64,000 nucleotides of DNA from Octopus bimaculoides. Lineage: Eukaryota. This document shows, one piece after another, positions 48,942 to 61,079 of the stretch; positions within the stretch are counted from its first letter, which is position 1; each line of letters opens with the position of its first letter. The notes below the pieces were generated by a model that did not search any database, had not been told where the DNA came from, and saw nothing but the letters and a program-made list of their open reading frames with translations. The translations under genes and the position numbers were made by a program. The stretch is from NCBI RefSeq assembly GCF_001194135.2, contig NC_068993.1:17761668-17825667 (forward strand). Reading direction: 5' to 3'.

Positions 48942-50809
48942 ATGGTTTGACCAGAGCTAACAAGCTGGGGTGCTGCACCAAATTCCAGTCTGATTTGGCA
49001 TGGTTTCTACAGCTGGATGCCCTTCCTAATGCTAACCACTTTACAGAGTGTGCTGGGGGCTTTTACCTGGCACTGCACGGGCACTTCGACATGATGCCAC
49101 ACAAGCACTTTGACACGGCACCACATGGGCACTGTTGCATGGCACCACATGGGCACTTGCACATGGCACTGCACAGGCTACATGATGTATATGTATGTAC
49201 ATGCTTGTATTCATGTATGCATTAATTGATGTCAAGATATTAATTAGCATCTTCTCTCTACACCTGGTATCATGTCACCTTCTTCAATACTACACCCACA
49301 CTTAGTTGAGGGTGGCACGGTCTTGTCTTGTGAGTTATATAGAGACTTCACTAATGCTGGTGCCATGTAAAATGTACCCAGTACACTATGTAAAGTGGCT
49401 GGTGTTATGAAGAGCATCCAGCCAGGGAGACCTTGCTGCAGCAGACAATGGATGTTGATCTAACCTACTGGCTCATAAGCTGATGATGATAATGATGGTG
49501 ATGCTGATGATGATGATGAAAGCATCATTTTGCAGTGAAGATTTTTCTGGTCTTTTGGTTATGGTCTCCAAATTATCCAAAGCGGTGTTTATAGAGGATC
49601 ATATATATGTTTTGAACTCAAGATTCAATAGTTCAGACAATGGGGTAGGGGGGAGGGGGAGTATTAAGAACCGTCCAAAATAGAGTTAGTTGCATTGTTG
49701 CATTTAATGTACTTAGTCTCGGTGGTTCATTCAGTGTGTTTAGTAGCACCAATACATTTAGTATACTTCAATTATTGATCCATAATGATTGGAACTGAAA
49801 TTCCACTTCACCCTATGATCGTATTTATTACAAAATGCATGTCAAGTTGGTGCAGCATTTGACTCTTGAGTATTTTATTTATTGATTAATTTATTGATTT
49901 AGACTAGTTATGATTACTTGATCACCGAACCAGCATTTATAAAATGCTAAGTTTTCTGCGTTTGATTATACAAATTGTGTTATAAATTATGTTAATTATT
50001 TCTCAAGAAAAGTTTCTTTTCTTGACAGACCCATCTTCTATTTGCTATTTGCCATCTCTAATTATCAGAACAGCTATTAACAGTCTTCTACCCACTTTAA
50101 TCCTGTCTAATAGCTTCCATGTATTCCTAACACTTGAATTAATTTAAGAATTGGGTAACTACTCATAAAATATTTATAGGTGCCCAAGCATGGCCACAAC
50201 CAGCAGGCTGGAACCAATAAAAGAGTAATTTAAGAAATGCTTTGATTATATCTTTTGTTTTACTTGCTTCAGTCATTAAACTGCAGCCATGCTGGAGCAA
50301 CAGATAACTACCAACATAACATTTTGTTCGCAATTATCCAACACACTTTAACCCTTTAGTATTTAATCAGGCCTGAATATTCTATCTGTTTTATGCTAAA
50401 ACTGACCAGATCCAACTTCTCACACCTACCCTACAATGTCATTCTAAAAATATAGTAACACACAATTGAAACCTTGAAGCTACAAGATAATGTGTGATTA
50501 ATTCAAAACAGTGCGAATAAATAAGCAATGCATTTGATAAAGAGATATAAATGCTAAAAAGTTAATTCACTCATGCCAGACAAAGTTTCACCATTCCTCC
50601 TGCTTGATATTCCATGCAAAATGGAATATAATGTCTGAAGTTCTCTTTCTGTTCTAATATTCCTCTCAGTTACAAACCTTTGACCATTCCAACCCAAAGT
50701 CAAGATATACAACAAATATTCCAAATTGTACTAAACTCTTCTTAAAATTAGAAAATTACTATTTTTAAATCTCACAATGAGAGATATTCAGCAACAGTAC
50801 TATGGAGTA

Positions 50810-51079
50810 AAGATTTTTGCCAACATAACATGGCAGTCCTGGTTTAGGACGAATGTTGCTGTAATTTAGCCCCAGGAGACATCGTCTCCTGCTGGCCATG
50901 CAACACGATCTGTATCCTTATATTTTCAAACAAGGGAATCTAGCACCCCCACTCAGCTCAAAACAATATAAGGACACAGATCGTGTCGTATAGCCAGCTG
51001 GAGATGATGTCTCCTGGGGTTAAATTACTGCAACATTCATCCTAAACCAGGACTGCCATGTTATGTTGGCAAAAATCTT
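50810..51079. mobile_element. 270-bp foldback MITE, TA-flanked
   Basis: 115-bp inverted arms (50810-50924 and 50965-51079) around a 40-bp spacer; TA at 50808-50809 and 51080-51081. Confidence 0.85.
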
Positions 51080-51190
51080 TATTCTTAAAATGTCCAAATA
51101 TTAGTTTTAAGAATTATTTGTTTAATCATCAAATTGTAAGTCTTGACTATGTTTTATTAGACTATTTTCAACACTTCCATTTCATTGCAG

Positions 51191-51325
51191 GTATCAGCCA
51201 ATCCTATGTTAGTCGATACTTACGTGGTGAGTTCACAGAGATGTCCGAACGCTGTCGAAGAGCAATGTATGCTTGGTATGTTTCTCATAGGCAGCGCTTA
51301 GCCAGGGCACCTAGGTTCAGTTACG
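51191..51325 (+). CDS. HMBOX1: HMBOX1-like exon, POU-like domain (GISQSYVSRYLRGEFTEMSERCRRAMYAWY...)
   Basis: TTGCAG acceptor at 51190, GTAAGT donor at 51326; 135 nt, phase 1-1. Resembles HMBOX1 GISQSRISHWL...SEQKKRAFYRWY. Confidence 0.9.
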
Positions 51326-52324
51326 GTAAGTTTTCACATGAATTTTGTAAGAAGTTTTCATTGTTTGTTTCTTGTCCTCTTCTCAATGTAAACATCTTAA
51401 AATCAAATTCACCAACATTCACTTGTTGTCACCAACATTCACTTGTTTCCAAGCAAGCTAATATTTCCATATGGCCAGATATGTTTTTTTTACAGAAGAT
51501 TGGAAATACACAATGTTGCTTGTATAACAATCGATGCTCACTTACAACTGTCACAAAATGTTTGTTAAGACAAAGGTACACACACATATATGTAAGGTTT
51601 TGTTTGGCTTTTATCTAGATACTGAATTTAATTTTCAGTGACTTAATTCCCTTAACCATAAATAGATGCTTTTCTTTTATAGCAAGAGGGCCACCATAAC
51701 TGATGGGTGCCAAAGAAAAGGTAGCAAAGTCTCTGAAGATATCCCTTAGTGTCTGTTACATAAGCCATTACCAGTGGTCTGTTATAGCCCCCTGTTGTTA
51801 TTTTGGTGGCATGCCATTCACTAGTTTGTCTTGTCATTTGAGAATACATGTGGGGGATGACTTTGGGGACAAAATGAGATCAAGGAAGAACTGCAATCCA
51901 ACAGTACTGAACCTAGAACAAATTTTCCATTGCGACTGCTACAGCTGGGTCAGCCTGCCTCTTTTGGCTTCATCAGCTACCAGCAATCCAGCAGTCAAGC
52001 CATGATAATAGAAGTATAAACTCTGCAGTCAAAACATCAGGAAAATATATTGATCAGCAAATATTCCTGCATTTTTCTCTGTGGTAACCATAAACCATAC
52101 CTAAGGGAGACAATTATGATTGGGGTTTTTTTTTAAGTGAATTTATTTTACTTCAATCGGTATCAGGTTACTTTAATCCTACCATATTCCTTTATTACCA
52201 TTTTTGACAGTGACAGATAATATTCCTGTCAAAAATAACAAATAAGGAAGCTTGTATGTGATTCCAGATTAGAGTAGCTGCGTTTGAATGAGAGAGAAAG
52301 TGAGACTCGTGTGTGTGTGTTTGA

Positions 52325-52361
<37 letters not shown>

Positions 52362-53082
52362 AGAGAGAAAGTGAGAGGAAGAAACAGTCTGAATATGTTT
52401 GTTCTGTGTGTTCAAGCTCTTACCATATTTTCTGGCCTACATGTCAGCGTGTTTTCTAAGTTGAGGTAGATTGTTCAATGTTTAAGCCTACACACATTGT
52501 ATAAGACAACCCACCGTTTTTGTTCACAGGCTTTTCTTGAGAAATCAGGACATTATTGGGGCTGGGATGGATCGGATCACCAGAACTTGCACAAGGGACA
52601 TAGGGGAATGGAAGATTTCACAACAGGATATAAAAAGTTGAAAGAAAAAAAAAAAGATTTCTACTTGAAATAATGTTTAACTATTTCAAATTTAATTTTT
52701 AGTATTTTCCTTTTTTCACAATTATAATCACACTTCAGTATGAACACCAAGTTAGGGAAAAGTGGATTAACAATTTACTAAAATTTTTGTCCTATACTGT
52801 CGCGGTGGACCTGAAGGGTAAACACTGTCGATATCTTTCCAAATCCTACTGTATTTAACATGAAATTTGGTCCTCCTAAGTCGTCTTGAAGTATAATTTG
52901 AAGTATAATTTGACCTACCATTTTTAGTGGTGAATTTTGGTCTACAGAAATTTGATTTGTGTATCAGAAAATATGGTAATTCCAAATGTTAAAATTCAGC
53001 AGAATTGTGAGAACACATCACAAAACTGTTTGAAATTGTTTTGTGTGTTTGTATTTGTGACAGAATTCTTCTATACTTACAG

Positions 53083-53280
53083 GTACAAATGGCTTTAAAG
53101 GTATGCTATCTTCTGGTGGAGACGCTATGGATATTCAATTTACTCCAAAGAGGGAAAGGTTTACATTCCGAGAAAAACATCTAGAAGTTTTGGAAGCTTA
53201 CTTCAAAGAGAATCAGTATCCATCTATGGAACTTCGTGAAGAGATTGCACACCTGTGTAATATGGCTCTCAGTAGCACAG
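53083..53280 (+). CDS. HMBOX1: HMBOX1-like exon, homeodomain N-arm and helices 1-2 (KRERFTFREKHLEVLEAYFKENQYPSMELREEIAHLCN)
   Basis: TTACAG acceptor at 53082, GTAAGA donor at 53281; 198 nt, phase 1-1. Matches HMBOX1 RFTWRKECLAVMESYFNENQYPDEAKREEIANACN. Confidence 0.92.
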
Positions 53281-53381
53281 GTAAGATATTTTATTTCCTC
53301 TTGAACTTAACTGATTATTATCATGAAATCTGTGAAAATGGAACTGACCTAATATAACTGGAAGCATGAGAAGTTCATATA

Positions 53382-53525
53382 CAGGGGTGGGCAAAAGTAG
53401 GTATACAGTTGCTTGATATGAGTGGAATGTTCTTTTTATTTCTCTATTTTTTTTCTTCAAGATAAGAATTCTAAGAACATTCCATTCATATTAAGTAACT
53501 GTATACCTACTTTTGCCCATCTCTG
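53382..53525. mobile_element. 144-bp Tc1/mariner-type MITE
   Basis: About 53-bp TIRs CAGGGGTGGGCAAAAGTAGGTATACAGTT..., TA on both flanks. Confidence 0.8.
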
Positions 53526-55603
53526 TATTTACTAGTAATGGTTTCAAATTTTGACTCAAGGACAGCAATTTTATGGGGTGGGGGTATAAATCACATACAC
53601 TGATCCCAGTGCTCAACTGGTACTTATTTTATCGACCCTGTAAAGATGGTGGAATTGAACTTAGAATGTGAAGAGTTGGAAGAACTGAAAAGTATTTGTC
53701 CCACATGCTAATGATTCTGCCAGCTTACTGCCTTATATTTATTAATAATATCTGGAACTTCATTTAATCAGCTATACTCAACCTTGTGTCATGATTGTCT
53801 GAAAATCTCACATTTCCTGTTAATGACTGATTGATATGTTTTGATTGATATGTTTTGCAAATTCGGCTTCATATTACATATGTTGAAGAATGAACAAATA
53901 AAGATAGAGAGATCTCTTTAGTCTTGCTAAAGACAAGACAACCTCTCCAGTACTGGTTGCTATGATAAAACACACCCAGTACACTCTATAAAGTGGTTGG
54001 CAGCAGGAAGATCATCCGGTCGTAGAAACTATACTTAAATAAGGAATGCATGGGTGTGACATGGTACCAAACATGTCCAGGTCTGCAGTAACTCTTAATG
54101 CAATTTAACTTGAACTGTATTAGCCTTTCCAGCCTATGCCAGCATAGGAAAATGTATGCAAAAACGATGGTGATGGTAGTCTCAGTGGAGACAACAACAG
54201 TGGTCGAGGTGGTAGATATGAAAGGAAGAAAAAAAGTGTTATTAGGAATAATGAATATCAGAAGTTATTTATCCTTTTGTAACTTTTCTGAAATCTTTTA
54301 TGTAGACAAAAAACCTTCTTGTTTCTTAAAAACTGTTGGTGTTACATATTTGTACTGAAAATCAGGATCACACAAGTATTTACATATCAGATCCATATAA
54401 AGTTGTCTTCTTTATTGGATTGGTAAATGTTTAATTTTATTATCATCATTTAACAGCCATGTTCTCTGCTGATTTGATAAGATTAAATGGGCTCAAGGAC
54501 TGCATAGTGCCTCAGTGTCTTCTTTGCAATGGTTTTTACAAATGGATACCCTTCCTAATGCCAACCATTTTACAGCATGTACTAGGTGCTTTTTTTATGA
54601 CTCAACCACTTGTAAGGTCACCATGCTGCTTGCAAGACTGCAAACTCCAAGGGGGCAGGATACGCTAAAAGGTGAGGGACACAAAGGGATAAAGTGTGAG
54701 GAAAAAAGAGCCAGAGTAGAACAGGTTGCTTGCTATAGAGATGCTATATAACTCCTCACATTTTTAGAAAAGAAAGAGGAAGTGATTAGGTGGAACTGAA
54801 AGGTTATAAAAGATAGAATATGAACATTAAAAGGAATTGAATGATGTTTCTCTTGTAAAAGTGGAAAATAATTTTTATATAATTTCAGTATTATATCTTG
54901 GCTCGCAGAATCATTAGCACATGGGGCAAAATGCTTAGTCATATTTCATGTCTTTAAAATTTATGTTCAGAGTTCAAATCTTGCTGAGGTTAACTTTGCC
55001 TTTCATCCTTTCAGGATTTTTAAAATAAGTATGAGTTGAACACTGGGGTTATGCAAAATTTGAAATCAATATCATCTCTTGATGAGGTGTATTGAAATAA
55101 TTTCTAACTTTAGCACAAGGCTGTATATTGGTAGCGTACCTTATGAAGGACAAAATCCCAAGTTAACCCTGAAAGTAGTTGAATTTAAAATAATAAACAA
55201 TTTAACTAAATACTAGAAGTCACTCTACTGATTTTGTTACCCTTCCACTCTTCAGATGCATTTAAGATAATAATCATATATAATGGCTATAAATTGAATA
55301 ACATCTTTCGGTTTTACTTTTTGCTCATTAGAGTGGATATTTCTCTGGAGGTTACCTGTTTTGAAAATTTGATGAGAACAGGTGTTTCTGTTAGAGGAAT
55401 ACTTATAATATAACACATACCAATAACTTTGCATACACTGCATTTCATATACTATCATAGTGTGTCTCTGCGTGTGTGTGTGTGTGTGTGTGTGAAGCAT
55501 CTTATATATTAACATTGCATACACAATCAGATATAAGTATGTAACCTATTAGCATACTGTTGAATACTACTCAATCATTTGGCTGTTGTCTTATAATGTG
55601 AAG

Positions 55604-55900
55604 GTGCGTGGCTTAGTGGTTCAGGCATTTGGCTCATGATTGTAAGGTCTTGAGTTCAATTCCTGGCAACAGGTTGTGTCCTTGAGCTAGGCACTTTATT
55701 TCACATTGCTCCAGTCCACTCAGCTGGCAAAAATGAATAGTACCTGTATTTTGAAGGGCCAGACTTGTCACACTTTGTGTCACAGTGAACATCCCTGAGA
55801 ACTACGTTAAGAGCACACGTGTCTGTGGAGTTCTCAGCCCCTTGCACGTTAATTTCACTTATCAGCTGGGACCTTCATCGTTGTAACCGAAGGAGTGCTC
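55604..55900 (+). mobile_element. tRNA-headed SINE family C sharing its 3' half with family B
   Basis: Head GGTGCGTGGCTTAGTGG...GAGTTCAATTCC; from TACCTGTATTT onward matches 22536-22700. Relatives at 20398-20620, 20745-21030, 34998-35290, 43660-43978 and 48045-48325. Confidence 0.75.
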
Positions 55901-56812
55901 CCTGTCATATAATAATGTTGAGATTGATTAGGTTAGAATGAAAATTCTTTTATCATGTACAATATTATGACACGTGCACTGACATGTGGTCAATACAGCT
56001 AAGAGATAGATTCAGTAGTGTGAAAAAAAACAGGTAATGTTAACAAGATAAATCTCATGTTAGTCACACACATTTGGATGACAGCCGGTGTGTAGATGAC
56101 AGGTACAGCACTAGTATAGAGATAATTAATGAAGAAGACTGAATAGTTTGAAATAGTTTATGGGAACAGAAACATCAGAAATATAAGTGGGTACTTGTGT
56201 TTTGGATGTATTATAGTAGTAATAGCAATACTTTTTTTTAACAGTCTGCATAACTTCAACTAACTAAATACTTTATTTTATAATATTTATCTCAACCATG
56301 CAGTACTAAAAGTTTTTCTACACATTACTGCTTCATCTAAACTTCTTCAAATTTCAAAGGACGTAAAAGACTTTTACACACGTGGGAAAATTTGACTGGG
56401 GACTGTTGCTGCTGCTACCTACGGTTGCTTTCAGAATAAGTGAGGGAGGGGAGAGAGTTTATACTAAGAAATAGAAGAGAGGGTGAAGATTCTCTTTAAG
56501 GGGGCAGAACTGCTTCAGGGTTTATAATTTTTTCACAACCACTGAAGCAAGAGGTGCTCTTCACAACCGCTGGTTCGTGAGATGGTTGTGATCTGTAATC
56601 CATTTTGTGTAAGAACCAGAAAGAGAAGTATGAACATGCAATGTGCATCTGCACACTGAATTCATGAAACAGAAGAGAAGTATACAAACACAATGTGCAT
56701 GTCAAAATAAAATGGAGGAGTTATATGATGGTCTGCATGCCACACCTGACACCACTGTCATGCAGCTTTGCTGCAATTTTCTTGTTTTATTATTATTATT
56801 ATTGTTGTTGTT

Positions 56813-56871
<59 letters not shown>

Positions 56872-57085
56872 GGCAGTGAGCTGGCAGAATCGTTAGCATG
56901 CTGGATGAAATGTTTAGTGGTATTTCACCTGTCACTCCAGTCTGAGTTCAATTTCCACCAAGGTTGACTTAGCCTTTCATCCTTTCAGGGTCGATAAAAT
57001 AAGTACCAGTTGAACACTGGGGTCAATGTAATCAACTCATTCCCTCCCTCAAAATTACTGCCCTTATGGCAAAATTTTAAACCAT
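56872..57085 (+). mobile_element. SINE family D after an (AAT)n tract
   Basis: Family D head and core with (ATT)n tail. Confidence 0.75.
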
Positions 57086-57236
57086 CATCATTATTATTAT
57101 TATTTGAATAAGAGAGTATTCTAGTTCGCTTGAAGCATTGTGTATTGTTTGTAAAGAATAAAAAGTTTTGAATGGTACAACAATGCACTATAATACAAAA
57201 AATGGACTGTATACCTGTTGTAACTTGGTAAACTAT

Positions 57237-57293
57237 AGTCTGATGATATTTCGGAATTAGAATTCCTTCTTCAGATCTTATTTGCTGGAGACT
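57237..57293 (-). ncRNA. Candidate minimal type I hammerhead ribozyme (Penelope-like)
   Basis: Minus strand: GAT-CTGAAGA-A-GGAAT(TCTA)ATTCC-GAA-ATAT-C-ATC. Intact core, 5-bp stem II, palindromic AUAU stem III, 3-bp stem I plus distal AGTCT/AGACT pairing. Confidence 0.5.
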
Positions 57294-58278
57294 CTGCTTG
57301 AAGTTTTTTTCTTATGAAAGAGCATATGAAGTAATATTTCCATATAATCTTTTTTTTATAAGTGTCCTAATAGTTGTTTTTTGTTTTTCTTACCACAATT
57401 ATTAAAACTTGGAAGGTTCTCAGATAAATTCTCTTCTAGGAATTAGAAACAACATTCTTTATATCATTTTCCCTGGAAATCAATGAAGGAGTATTTTCTT
57501 CTCTGTTTTTTTTTTTTAATTGAAAAAAGAAAAATCTTTTCTCTGTGCTTAGTGCCATGTTGTTTATTTAACGTTTTATTTAATGCTCTGCCCAGATATT
57601 ATTTCTATAGAAAAACTCATTGTTTTTTTCATCATCAGACTAAAAATAGTTATGTTGTCTGCAAATTTTGGTCTGTCAGTGCAGCCACAGATGGCATTGC
57701 AAACAGGCACATAGAGAGAATACAAAAAACAGTTTTGTACTGTGTCTGCTCCCTTATTTAAAAAGATATATACTTACTATCCTTAATAATTTGTGGTCTG
57801 TTGGTTAGAGAAGTATTGAATCAGCCTGCAGGTGGAATTGTCTGGTCAGAGATCTGAAACAATCAGCACCAGCTTTGATAAGAAGATGGTATTAAAAGCT
57901 GGGCTGTATTTTGCAAGAAATAGTTTTACATAGTTATTATGGTAAATGTGTGCATCGAGATTTGTGTAAAATAATACATAATGCATTTTATGTCAACTAA
58001 ATTTCTCAGTAGGTAAACCATACCTGTTGCTAACAAATTAAATATACAAGTAAAGATGACAAATGTGGAGTAAAATATAAAGACGGCAGATGTTCGTGTT
58101 TTCCCAACAGTGTAGATTGATTGTAACTTACTGAACTGTCAATAATACGGACCAAATTTGAATATAAGCCATAAAAATAATTAAAAAATTATGCACAGGG
58201 GAGATAACCCACATTCCATCCAAAATAATGGGAGATAACTTCTAGTGATTAGAAATAAAGATAAAATTAAAATATTTA

Positions 58279-58829
58279 CCGTATATACTCGAATAATAGT
58301 CAACGTCATGTAAAAGTCGACCCTAGTATTTCACGAACAACAGGAAAAGTTTGTGGGTCAAGGTACCGTATTATCTTGTACGTAGAAATAACACTTACAA
58401 AATTGTGTGTCTACCTTACTGTAGCCTGCTCTATAGCTGGAATGCTTATATGATATGATAACACCTAGACCGAAATGCATTGATGTTATATTATGGGATA
58501 TAAATTGATTTCACTCAGCTAGTCTGTTAAGTTTGATGGATAAAAGAGAAAGTGTAAATATTTATAAGAGCTACATGGTCTTGTTTATGGATTTTGTTAT
58601 TTACTAGGATGTGTGTTTTGATGCATAGAATTGGTAATATAACTGTAAGTCAATGTGTTTTTGTTTTTATTCACTTGGAGGTCAGTTGGGCTTCTGCTGC
58701 TGATATGGTACTTTGGATTGTAGCTTGAATTCCAGTCCCTCAAAAGTAGTATCCATATAATAGTCGACCCCATAAATTTAATCTTAAAAAATGGTCCAAA
58801 ATTTTCGACTTTTACATGAATATATATGG
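58279..58829. mobile_element. Tc2/pogo-like MITE
   Basis: TA flanks, termini CCGTATATACTCG / CCATATATATTCA, subterminal AGTCGACCC repeats. CCGTAT ends are typical of Tc2-type elements. Confidence 0.6.
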
Positions 58830-59254
58830 TAGATATTTATATCAAATTTATATTTATAATATATTTATTGTAGAATGAATCGTAGAGTAATAGGAATATT
58901 TGTTCTGTAATTATTACTTATTGGTTTTTGCTTGACCTAACCTTTCTGCAAAGAAAATAACTTATAGCCATAAAAACAGGATGTGTGAGATTACATACGA
59001 ATTTTCTAATTTGCATATTGGCACTAATTTGACAGTTATTAATTTGAAAAAGAAAGGTTCTTAGAACTTGACACAGTCCCCAAAATTCATTCCACATTGA
59101 AATTATATTTTTAAGATTATACCTTGGCATAATGAATTGTTGGTTTCCATGCAGTTTTGACGTAAACACATATGGTGTTATTACAACAGATATTCAAAAA
59201 AAAATTTGTTCTCTTCTTTTTATTTTGAAGGCCGTTTTATTTTATAAAGATATA

Positions 59255-59850
59255 GGCACAGGCGTGGATGTGTAGTTAGAAGCTTGTTTCCCAGCTATAT
59301 GGGTCCAGGTTCAGTTCCACTGTGTGGCACCTTGGGCAAGTGTCTACTCTAACCCTGGGCCAACCAAAGCCTTGTGAGTGGATTTGGTAGAAACTGAAAG
59401 AAGGCGGTGAACTGGCAGAAACGTTACCTCGCCGGGTGAAATGCTCAGCAGTATTTCGTCTGCCGTTACGTTCTGAGTTCAAATTCCGCCAAGGTCAACT
59501 TTGCCTTTCATCCTTTCGGGGTCGATAAATTAAGTACCAGTCAAGTACTGGGGTCGATGTAATCGACTTAGTCCCTTTGTCTGTCCTTGTTTGTCCCCTC
59601 TATGTTTAACCCCTTGTGGGCAATAAAGAAATAAGAAACTGAACGAAGCATGTTTTATATGTATGTATATATATCTATGTGTGTGTGTGTCTCTATGACA
59701 ACTGGTGTTGGTTTGTTTATGTCCTTGTTACTAGCAGTTCAGCAAAAGCAAGCAATAGGATAAGTATCTGACATTTAAAAAAAATATAACAAGTTTAACT
59801 AAACCTTTGAAGGTTGTGCCCTGCATGGCGACAGTCCAGTGACTGAAGCA
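59255..59850 (+). mobile_element. SINE family A copy interrupted by a family D SINE (59403-59636)
   Basis: Target-site duplication AGAAACTGAA(A/C)GAAG brackets the inner SINE. Confidence 0.8.
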
Positions 59851-59966
59851 AGTAAAAGATACGAAAGTTTACCATTCACTTACATGCATTGTTTTATTGA
59901 AACTGTTGAAATCCTTTGTTGTGTGTTTGAAGTGTGTAAATGAAAGATATTATGCTTTTCTTTCAG

Positions 59967-60062
59967 GCCGTGAACTGTGCGAAAAGGAAAAAGTTACACC
60001 TCAAATAGTATCTAATTGGTTCAATAACCGACGTAAAGAAATGAAAAAATTGGCCAAAGAAG
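59967..60062 (+). CDS. HMBOX1: HMBOX1-like exon, homeodomain insertion and recognition helix (GRELCEKEKVTPQIVSNWFNNRRKEMKKLAKE)
   Basis: TTTCAG acceptor at 59966, GTAATT donor at 60063; 96 nt, phase 1-1. WFxNRRK helix 3 follows an HNF-class insertion. Confidence 0.92.
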
Positions 60063-60361
60063 GTAATTTTTTTAAGATGATTTCTTCATATTTATCACAA
60101 ATATTTCCTGGAGACTATTAAACCAATTATTTACGAATGAAATGGAGTTTTTTCCCCTGTATATTTACTGCAGCTTTGCTATTAAAAAGGCATCAAGCTA
60201 AAGGAACCATGTCAAAACAGACACTGGAATATGATGCAATCCTTGGGTCCATCAGATCCTCTCAAATCATCTCACCCATTCTAGCATCAATATATATATA
60301 TATGATTGATTCAAAACAATGTGAATAAATAAGAATTGCATTTAACAGAGTAATCTTAATG

Positions 60362-60403
<42 letters not shown>

Positions 60404-60414
60404 NNNNNNNNNNG

Positions 60415-60445
<31 letters not shown>

Positions 60446-61079
60446 GTATATAAAAGAGACCACTAAGTGGTCTGTTAATGTGCTAGAAAAAGATCACTTA
60501 AAAAAATTCTCAAAGATTCAGCGGAGCAAAAACAGGCGGGTGAGAATTTTTACCCTATTGTGTTAATTAACCAAAATTGATATTAATTAAATTGATATTA
60601 ATTAATATCGAATTTTTATCCTATTATATATATATATATATATCTTTCCTTTCCCGAGCGTCTAGTAACACAATCTGTATCATGTCCTCACGTTGTCTTT
60701 TTGTTGTTGTTTTTTTGTCTTTTTCCTTTTTTGAACTTATATATATATATATATATTGGGTATGGTAGGTGAATTCAGCAAAAATTTAGATTCGGGTGAC
60801 TGTGGTACTTAAGTTGAGGCACCAGAATTTAGTACAGTATTATCCATACAATTTCAAAGTAAGGTGATTAAAATCAAAATAAGCAACAAGGATATCCAGA
60901 GGTAATACAGTATATAATAAACAACACTATTTATTCACAAATGCATATTTTTTTTTATTAAGCAAAGAGAGATAATTTCTGTCATTTCACTTAACCTGCT
61001 TATGTCCCTTTATTTTATCCATTTATCCTTTTACTTATGTATTCTGTCTTCCTTTCTCTATTTTTTCTCTCTTGATTAG

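Noticed and set aside
51185-51196. Recursive splice site CAG|GTATCA at the exon start
   Set aside because: Explained by a phase-1 split Gly codon (G|GT); the intron is short and there is no other support.
51058-51618. 186-aa ORF as a single exon
   Set aside because: Only 51191-51325 is homologous and splice-bounded; the rest is open intron.
53061-53082. Upstream acceptor GTGACAG at 53063
   Set aside because: 19 nt upstream, shifts the frame and hits a stop before the homeodomain.
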